NCBI RefSeq assembly: GCF_009914755.1
Contig: NC_060933.1
DNA length: 64,000 nucleotides
Source: the human T2T-CHM13v2.0 reference genome, Homo sapiens
Direction: 5' to 3' (one strand)
The notes below the pieces were generated by a model, which saw nothing but the letters and a program-made list of their open reading frames with translations, had not been told where the DNA came from and ran no database searches. The translations under genes and the position numbers were made by a program. Shown here one piece after another: positions 27,590 through 64,000 of the stretch (position 1 is the first letter of the stretch; the number at the start of each line of letters is the position of its first letter).

Positions 27590-28119
27590 TGACGGATCAA
27601 AGAATATGCGCCCTCCCCGCCCCCGCCCACAAATTACTCACTTCGTTGTAAGCATTACTTTGAGCTGAAGGTAACTGAAAAAAGGCAGAAACAGAAAGAG
27701 CTCTCTATCCTCCCCCTTTCTCCTAAAAGCAAAGCATACATTTGTAAAACAGTCCCCAGGCCTCTCTCCACCAGGAAGGACCAAAGGTAATTACCGGTGA
27801 CAACCGGAGACAGCGCCCTCATCTACCATTAGCTTGCCCATATATTTGCATTCCTATAATTTGACACTCCCAGGAATCTGAAGACCTTTTCCTTTGTCTT
27901 GCCACTTCACTACAAATTTATTATTCTTTGTTGAGATGCTATATACACCCGAATTCTAGCCACCCTTTGAGTCACCCACCTCTGAGTGCTGCATGTAAGC
28001 AAAATGCATGCATTATATACTTCCTTGTTTTTCACTCACTAATCTGTCTTTTCTTAGTCTAATTTGACTGCACCTAAGATGGATAGAGAGAAAAACCTAT
28101 TTTTCCCCTCTCCTCCACA
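27590..28119 (+). mobile_element. MER34-family solo LTR
   Basis: TGA...AGAATATGC...ATTACTTTGAGCTGAAGG...CCACCCTTTGAGT...TAATCTGTCTTTT...CTCCACA; homologous to 51340-52391. Confidence 0.75.
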
Positions 28120-28330
28120 GAGAGGTCTGACAAGAGGAGGGGAGGAGCACTGTTTCTGACTCAGACACCAGCCTGGGCGCAACCCCTTGGACTCCTCCAT
28201 GTGAGTGGAGAGGAAGTGTTTCTCTAGCATTAAACCTTTGTTTAACGCAAACAGACCAGAAAATAAAATCTTACACTCAAAATCTCAGCCAAATAGTAAT
28301 ACTTGGAAGTTACTTTTAAAATATCTTTAT

Positions 28331-28992
<662 letters not shown>

Positions 28993-29039
28993 TCACACTG
29001 TATTTAATCTGACCACATTTTAGGGTACAGTATAAATTC

Positions 29040-32192
<3,153 letters not shown>

Positions 32193-33462
32193 GTACTGAC
32201 TTTATCTGTGTGTGTGTCTACTTCCCTGTTAACCTTGCGCCCTTGAGGGTGGGCTGTGCCTGCTTCTGCTGTCCCCCAGCCCGGCCCACAGAAGGGAGCT
32301 GACCGTGTGGCCCTGCAGGGCCGCTTTGAGGAATGACTCCTCATGCTTATGAACCCCTTGGCCTCATCACCACCTTGGTTCTCTCGAAAGACTTGTCCTA
32401 AAGGCCCTGTTTTGCCTTCTACCACTCTCTTTTACCCTCAACGTGCCTTTGTGGCCCATTTTTGCGGGATGGAGATAATAGAGAAAGGAGAAGGATGAAG
32501 AGAGGGAAAAAGGTTGAGATGATCGTGTTAACACTCCAGGTACAAATTTTTATGCAGAAGAAAGTTGTTTCTTCGTTAGAAGGTAGAACTTCTACAAATA
32601 TGGAAATTCAACATAATTTTTTCGGTTCAAATTCTACTGAAAGACTTTTTACTTTTCTTTACGATGGCCGCTGCTTTAAGAGAAAGTGTCCGGACATGAA
32701 TCATGCAGGGTCAAATGTGTTCCCTAATGAAGAGGCCGCTGCACAACAGAAACCCCCACCTTCAACCTCACTCACGTTGTAATGGATACCCTCTCTACTT
32801 TAGGAAAAACAAGAGTAGCAGGTATTAGCGCAGGCCGAAATAAGCTAATAGACCTTGCTTGTCATGGAGAGCACCCAACACTCTTTGAATTAGGTGGGTT
32901 TGGGTTTGTACCCAGGTCTCTGGAATGAGCTGCTTGGCTGAGCCTCAGCCTCCAACGAAGCCCATTCAGCTGTGTCCTGGCAACCTCCTGCTGTCCCAGG
33001 GCTTGCTACAGAGAATTCAATGTCTACAGCATCTCCAGTGTGTCATTATTTAAGCTTCACTTATTTGTACAGGGAGAAATATATCAGGCCGTAAGTCATC
33101 TGTAGCTGTCACATCTTTTCTGTAAGGCTAAAATGTTTCCAGATGCTGACAATTTTTAAGATGATTCCCTCAGATTGATAAAGCAAGGGGATGATCTTTC
33201 TCTGTAGAAAAACTATCTAAATCATTCACTGAAGGCTTTGCTATTTCCCACCTTTTACCTCTTTGGTAAGAAAGCTGAATTCTTTGTGCAGTGAAGGCAG
33301 TGAAGTAGGAATGTGGATGTCTTCTGTCTAGCACCCACCCGAAGGGACAGATCCTCTCCCCAGGCCTTCTCACCTAATGGATGGAGGTCTTCCCCATGCT
33401 CTGCTGGCTCACCATGCTCTTGCATTTGCCTGTCATCATTTTTCATAGAAAATAAAAGGATT

Positions 33463-33874
<412 letters not shown>

Positions 33875-34330
33875 TTATATGCCCATCTCTGTTTTAAAGT
33901 CCCCTGATACCTCCAGCTTGGGCGAATAGATACCAAATTGCATACTTTTTATTTCAAATAACATTGGCACCTGTTCCAGGTAGCATTCGCTATACTCCTA
34001 CTAGGGAAAAGTAAAGAACAGTGAAACTGACAGTAACTCTTGGAGCACAATCCTACAGGAAAATGCTTACCAAAACAAAATCTTTGCAATAATCATTTTT
34101 CTTTATGGGGAAAAAAACATTAGATAAGGACAACACTGTCTAAATATTTATTTGATGATTTGAAAGGCATTTCCGTTGTTTCAGGACTTGGTGAGGCATA
34201 GCCACATTCCTTATCCTAGACAAAGCCACCTCCAAGTAACCAAGGCCAGCATCTGGACTCAGCCACTGGTCACTGAGTTCACCAGGGTAGAGGCTGTCCC
34301 CAGGGAAAGAGACCATGCTGGGGCCCAGGG

Positions 34331-34865
34331 TGTAGGCTATGTTTCCAGAGAAAGTTGCAGCAACATCCCCACCCCAGCTGCCCTTCTGCCGAGTGACTTG
34401 CCCCTCCTCCACCAAGAGGTGGAATGGACTTCCCTCCCTTTGCATTGGGCTGGCCCAAGACAGGCTTTGACCAAGAGCACGCAGCAGGAGTCCCTTGGTG
34501 TGGCTACCAAGACTGGGCCAGGGGCAGCCTGCAGCTCCTCATCCTCCTTCTGCCTCCTTCACCGTTGTGCACTCCTCCCTAGTACAAGCATGGCCCTAAG
34601 CACCACACAGAGACAAGGCTCCCTGAGAAAGAGACCACTTGGAATAAGAGAGACGTCTGTCCAGCCTTCAACTGCTTTAGCCATCCTGCCTGGGCCAGCC
34701 CCAGGGGTCCCCGCCCCCAGCCCATCTGCCAACTGACATCACCTGCAGCAAAACTAACCTGGCTGAGCCCTGCCCAACTCTGGACCTACAGAAGTTTGCA
34801 CATATGAAATGATGGTTGTCATCTTAAACTACTAAGTCCCTGGGCCATTTGTCATTCAATGAAAG
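34331..34865 (+). mobile_element. Old MLT1 MaLR LTR
   Basis: AGTGACTTGCC...CAAGAGGTGGA...GGGCTGGCC...GCTGAGCCCTGCCCAA...ACTAAGT. Confidence 0.6.
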
Positions 34866-35049
34866 GCCCAAGTGACAGGATATAGTTAGGGGTCCCAGCA
34901 GCTTGGCAGTAAATGCTGTCAGGGAAACCAGCACAGCAGAAAATGAAGCCTGGGTGGCTGGCCACAATGCCACACCCGCATATCACAAGCTACCACAGCC
35001 CCGATTCCAGCGGGCTCCAGGGCAGTGCCATCGGCGCCAGGAGAGAGGG

Positions 35050-36063
<1,014 letters not shown>

Positions 36064-36150
36064 GATGTGGACAGGATCACATGCTGTAGGGCCTCAGCCA
36101 CACAGGCTGGTTTCTAAAACAGGCAGCGATTTAGAACACTGAATCTCTGA

Positions 36151-36790
<640 letters not shown>

Positions 36791-37791
36791 CACAGATTCA
36801 ATTTTACAGAGTTGGAGGAAAGGCATTTACAGATTCTGCATAGGGCCAGAATGTGTCTTAGCAACTAAATCATGGATGTACGTGTTTGCAGTTGGATCAA
36901 ATGCCCCAAACAATTCAATATGTTAAATGTTTACATCAGAACACTTGTATCAGAATCTTTCTGTTTCTGCACTTAGCTCTGTAGTTTCTTTGGACCTTTG
37001 TGCCTGGTTTGTCATAGGCTAGGAGCCTCCCATAGGTTCCAGCAACAGCACACAAGTGAAGGAATGGGACAGGTGTAAAAAAAACCCACAAATAGAATGA
37101 GGACAATGCTGATGATGACATCTGCAGAGGGAAGACGACAGACCATTTCCGCAACACTGAACCCAGAGTGAAGAACGTTGCTGGAGGAAATAGCAGAGGA
37201 AACCACAACTCAGAGGAAGCCACAGCTAGACAAGCAGCTACTGGTGGGATGGGATGATGGAGGGTGGAGCCATGGAAGAAACTACTGTGCTCTGTAGAGT
37301 CTGGGATGGGGCCAGGGCTCCACAGTTAGAGGCAGGAGAGTCCAGTAGGGCTGAAAATCAATCAGGATTGAAGACCTGTGTGTAGAACAGTCAACACCCC
37401 CATCCCCACCCCACCCCATGCACAGAACTGTGAGGACATCCAGCCAGGTAATGACTCCAGGCAAAGAATCATGTGCACAGTCTGGAGGGACTTGAGCAGC
37501 TGGTGTGCATGACCAGAGTAAAGGCCTCCCCACAAAGGGTGATCTAAAGGCAGCAGTCCCTGTTCATGTCCCAGAGTTTCTGTCAGCTTTTATAGTCCCT
37601 CATTCTCAAATATAAAAGCTTAACAGAGGCTCGCTGCAGAATTAGAGAAAACCTGTGGTATGAAAGAAAGCAATGAGGATTCCAAAAGAGAGAGAAAGAC
37701 AAAGATAGAAGTTTAACCTCAAAGAACACAGAGAGAATTCAGAGAACATAAGAACATAAAACAGGCCTGGCACGGTGGCTCAGGCCTGTCA

Positions 37792-37998
<207 letters not shown>

Positions 37999-38357
37999 TC
38001 ACAAAGAAAAAAGAACATAAAACAAAGAACATGAAAGAACAGAACTTCTTTGATCAGCATCCCCAGAGAGATTTTAGAAAATATTCCATCCATAAAACAA
38101 TAAAACAAGAACATGACACAGTGAAAAATAAGCCCTGTGAGAAGAACCACAGTAAAAGCCTCTGGAAATTAAAATTATGGTTCACAAAATGTAAAATAAT
38201 AAATATGGGTGGACAATAATGTTTAGGAGGTCACAGAGAATAAAGAGAACAGGAAACAGAAAATAGGCCAGAAACAATAAGAGATATAGATGATTAATAC
38301 AGAGGTACAACACCTACCCAGTAGGAATTCCAGAAAGAGGAAAAGAAGGAAAGAAGA

Positions 38358-39535
<1,178 letters not shown>

Positions 39536-39780
39536 GTAAAGAAGAGAGACAGAAAGAAAGAAACAGAACATAAAATGAAGGATAGAAAATTATAAAATAA
39601 ATAGTCCCGGCTCAGTGGCTCAAGCCTGTAATCCCAGCACTTTGGGAGGCTGAGGCAGGCAGATCACCTGAGGTCGGGAGTTCGAGACCGGACTGGCCAA
39701 CATGGTGAAACCCCCGTCTCTATTAAAAATACAAAAACTAGCCAAGCCTAGTGGTGCACACCTGTAATCCCAGCTTCTCA

Positions 39781-39939
<159 letters not shown>

Positions 39940-40609
39940 TTAACTTTTCTGAAGAAAGCTAATGAAGAAAGACACAATCTTCAGATTGAAAGAGGCATTG
40001 GACCAGGCATGGTGGCTCACAACTGTAATCCCAGCTACTTAAGAGACCAAGATGGGAGGATCACTTGAGGACAGGAGTTTGAGGCCAGCTTGGCCAACAT
40101 AGCGAATCCCTTGTTTCAAACAAACAAACAAAAAAGAATGAAAGAGGCATTGAGAGTATGAATTACTACAACCACTTTGAAGAACATCTTGATGATAATT
40201 CATGGAGCTGACTGTCCCTAGGCTCAGTAATTTTCCTGTCAGGTTCATTCCCTGGGGGCAGAGCTTACCGACTTGGAGCTCTTCGTGTGCTGTGAGATGA
40301 ATGCAGACCTGCCGGGTTTAGAGTCTCAGTCCTCAGGATGTCTGAGCAGGGCCAGGAGCAGCTGGAACAGCCAGGGATCGGCCCCTCCTGCTGGGAGCAG
40401 CTCCTCCGTCCACTGATTCCTGTGTGCCACACCATGCGGTGCCACGTCCACTGTGCACCGTCATGCGACAAGACTGGGAAGTGCTTCCCTAGAAAGACAC
40501 TACACTAAGCACATAAGATGTAGGCAATTAATTGCAGCATTGTTTGTGGGAGCAAAATAAATGGGAATAGCCTAAATGTCTACCAGTGGAAAGTGGATTA
40601 AACAATAAC

Positions 40610-43020
<2,411 letters not shown>

Positions 43021-43023
43021 TCA

Positions 43024-43322
<299 letters not shown>

Positions 43323-43328
43323 GGGCCT

Positions 43329-44600
<1,272 letters not shown>

Positions 44601-44645
44601 CAGTCAAATCAATAATTTTTATAAAACTCAAGACTGAAACCTATC

Positions 44646-45025
44646 TGATATTGTTTGGACTTGTGTCCCCGCCCGAATCTCATGCAAATTGTAATCCCCA
44701 GTGTGAGAGGAGGGGCCTGGTGAGAGGTGATTGGACTGTTGGGGCAGACATTCCCCCTTGCTATTCTGGTGATAGTGAGTTCTCACGAGATTTGGTTGTC
44801 TAAAAGTGTGTAGCACCTCCCCTGTCGTCCGTTTCCTCCTGCTCCAGCCATGTAGGTCATGCCTGCTTCCCTTTCACCTTCTGCCATGATTGTAAGTTTC
44901 CTGAGGCCTCCCCAGCCATGCTCACTATAGAGCCTGCAGAACCATGAGCCAATTCAACCTCTTTTCTTTATAAATTACCCAGTCTCAGGTAGTTCTTTAT
45001 AGCAATGCAAGAATGAACTAATACA
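44646..45025 (+). mobile_element. MSTA-type solo LTR
   Basis: TGATATTGTTTGG...CTAATACA; TSD CTATC/CTACC. Confidence 0.85.
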
Positions 45026-45272
45026 CTACCCAGTCATTCGTTGCACAAATATGGATGAATATGGGTTGAAATACTTTGCTGGAGGGGGAGCATGCCCGAT
45101 CCATGCGCCATGGAGCTTTGATGCAGGGCCAAGCTTGTGATAGATGGCTGGAATGTGAAGTCAAGAGAGCTCTAGGCACCCACCAGGAAGGTCTGGCCCT
45201 GCCTGGGCATCAAAAAAAGCTGCCTTGATAAAGTGGTGGTTACGCTGAGGTCTAAAGGACTAACAGGGCTAA

Positions 45273-46053
<781 letters not shown>

Positions 46054-46360
46054 CTACTCAAGAATTAGTGATGCCATTTCCATGCCTTAGAAGAGATTTA
46101 TTCACAGGATCCTGGGCACAGCATGCGGATTGGGTTTCATCCCCACAGTGAGCAATCTGGTAGATTCCACACTTCTACTATCCTGAAGGTTACGTTTTAT
46201 CTAAGATTGGTACTCTTTTTGTAATTGCTAAAACACAATATTCAACTGCTTTTGAGTAGCTAGGTAGCTTCATACAAGATAAATTTCCTCTATCTCAATA
46301 AACAGACTGAATTTTATATCGTTTGGAAATGTTTTTGCCCCAAGATTCTATGGACATTTT

Positions 46361-47102
<742 letters not shown>

Positions 47103-47146
47103 ATTTTTTTCTCAGAATTTAGAATGTTAACTACAGGAGAAGTTAG

Positions 47147-47898
<752 letters not shown>

Positions 47899-48018
47899 TT
47901 AGTTCCACTAGTTTTTCCGTTATATAAAATGCATAAATAACCGTCATGCATTTTGTGTGTAAGACAGTCATCTATTTTATTATTCATACTCCCTGGTTTT
48001 TTCCCTCCTATTGCATTA

Positions 48019-51260
<3,242 letters not shown>

Positions 51261-51339
51261 AAATATATATATATTTTGTACCACAAAACAAAGCCAGGAA
51301 AAATGGGGAATTATTATTTAATGGGTACAGGGTTTCATT

Positions 51340-52391
<1,052 letters not shown>

Positions 52392-52417
52392 GTTTTGCAA
52401 GATGATAAAAGTTCTGT

Positions 52418-56277
<3,860 letters not shown>

Positions 56278-56741
56278 AGGTGAGATAAATGGAGTGATCT
56301 TGCAGTATCCACTAATGTGCTACTTAAATTCGGGGATGTGTTGTGCAGACGCCCCCTCTGAGACCTTCTCCCTGGTTTGGAAGTCCCCACCTCTCTTCCC
56401 TCCAACACCAGAGAGTGGTTGATAGTGCATAGCAGTTCTCCCTTAACAATGAGAATGAAGAGATAAACCCTGGATTTCATTCTCAACTTTATACTTTTCT
56501 ACCAGCCCCCCAGGGAATAACCACATCTACTTGCCTCAGCGCATTCTTTCCCTGCATTGTGTACTTCTGTGGCCAGGGAGTAAGGGATGACAAGAATCTG
56601 AAAACACTGCCCACTCGTTCATTCACCAAATCAAGAAACTGACAACTCTTTCCCCAAAGTCACACTAGCCATAGTCCAGTTACTTGTAGGAACAGAACCA
56701 GAAACAGCCACCAGGCTACTTCTCTATTTCCTTCTCAACCA

Positions 56742-58127
<1,386 letters not shown>

Positions 58128-58477
58128 CACTACCTGAGACTGGGTAATTTCTAAAGAAAAGAGGTTTCATTGACTCACAGTTCCACATGGCTGGGGAGGC
58201 CTCAGGAAACTTACAATCGTGGCAGAAGGTGAAGGGGAAACAAGAACCTTCACATGGCGGCAGGAAAGAGAAGTGCAAGCAGAGGAAATACCAGATTCTT
58301 ATAAAACCATCAGATCTCGTGAGCACTCACTATCACGAGAACAGCAGAAGGGAAACCGCTCCCATGATCCAATCACTTCCCTCCCTCCACACGTGGGGAT
58401 TACAGGTCCCTCCCTGGACACATAAGGATGACAATTACAGACAAAATTTGGGTGGGGACACAGAACCAAACCATATT
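58128..58477 (-). mobile_element. THE1D/MST-type MaLR LTR
   Basis: ACCTGAGACTGGGTAATTT...GAGGCCTCAGGAAACTTACAATC...GGGGACACAGAACCAAACCATAT. Confidence 0.85.
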
Positions 58478-58757
58478 GGTATGGATCAGAACCACCCTCT
58501 TGGGGTCCGTCTCCTCACAAAGAAACTGCTGTTTCATCGTCCTCTACCCTGGTTTGAGCATCAGGATGGCATGCAGCAAGGCTTTACCATACGCCCTCCT
58601 GGGAAGACCCTGAATCCTGTCAACACCACTTTGTGTGGACAGTGACCATCTGGGCAATCCACCATAAGCATGCAAGACCTTTCTGGTTGTTGATTATTCA
58701 GATCCCAAGAGATGAGGTGATAACAAGAGCACACTGAATATCTTCCTTGAAGTCTCT

Positions 58758-60021
<1,264 letters not shown>

Positions 60022-60121
60022 ATCTCCTACCATTGGTATGTTCTTCTAAATTTCTCTGGGTCTCTGAAAACCAGGTCTGGTGCTTACCGAATGGGTAAAT
60101 TTAAAGGAAAAGGGTTTATAA

Positions 60122-61370
<1,249 letters not shown>

Positions 61371-61815
61371 AGTTCTCTATGCTCTTACCCAGAAGCTCCC
61401 CTTAGTCCCAGAGGTCACCAGATAGGCCACTGGTGCCTCATATATCCCAATGTTAGGCCACAGTGAGAGCTGTGTCTCCAGGGTCCTGCTATGTCAAACT
61501 CTAGGATGACAGCAGTCCTCTGATGACAGGGATGAGCCTTGCATTCCAATAACATATCAACCCAATGGTTCTGGCGGGAACATGTGGAGAATTCCACTGT
61601 GGCCCTTTGCTGGCGTCTCTAGGATGGAACCTCTTCAGGGAAGGCTGGTGAGTGAGCCTGTGTCCAACAGGACAGGAATCTGCATAGCAGGAACCCACCG
61701 AGCAACTCCAATGACAGGCACATGAGGGTCCTGGCTTCCAGTGCAAAAGCACATACAAAGGAGAAATAAGGAGGCTTAATATTCCCCGAGAAAATAAGAG
61801 ACTCCTGCAGCCTTT

Positions 61816-61884
61816 CCCCGCCCCTCCCCTCCCCTCCCCTCCCCTCCCCTCCCCTCCCCTCCCCTCCTCTCCTCTCCTCTCCTC

Positions 61885-61885
<1 letters not shown>
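61816..61885 (+). repeat. (CCCCT)n-(CCTCT)n microsatellite replacing an AluJ tail
   Basis: Direct reading. Confidence 0.95.

Positions 61886-64000
<2,115 letters not shown>

Noticed and set aside
32462-32854. 106-aa ORF and small hairpin (GGTATTAGC...GCTAATAGACC) in unique DNA
   Set aside because: No homology recognised, non-ATG start, and the stem is too short to exceed chance.
34176-34736. 186-aa ORF
   Set aside because: Lies largely within an MLT1 LTR relic, has a non-ATG start and no recognisable domain.
58375-58435. Short internal duplication in the THE1-type LTR
   Set aside because: As I recall, this occurs in some THE1D-like copies, so it is probably not locus-specific.

Overview
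Primate (human-like) non-coding DNA made mostly of retroelements. I see no intact cellular protein-coding exon, RNA gene or CRISPR array. Roughly 90 Alu copies or fragments sit inside a scaffold of older LTR and LINE relics. Main items: (i) a decayed ERVL-class provirus with MER21-type LTRs on the minus strand (~7690-19800; PBS, gag, a tandemly duplicated protease, RT core missing, RNase H, integrase, dUTPase-like, PPT). It contains an AluJ, which in turn contains a 5'-inverted (twin-primed) L1PA (10320-14780). (ii) A second, truncated copy of the same ERVL family on the plus strand (~40610-43020). (iii) A full-length RPSA processed pseudogene fused directly to an Alu left monomer, with one TSD around the whole unit (38346-39545). 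(iv) A BC200 retrocopy (950-1109). (v) A HERV-H LTR7-family solo LTR with an AluY just after its TATA box; 196 bp of that Alu+LTR junction is copied 780 bp away. (vi) Several rearranged Alus, reused insertion sites and tandem duplications. Repeat subfamily names are from recall of consensus sequences and need RepeatMasker/Dfam confirmation. I found no convincing new functional system; the best candidates are retrotransposition and DNA-repair fossils.
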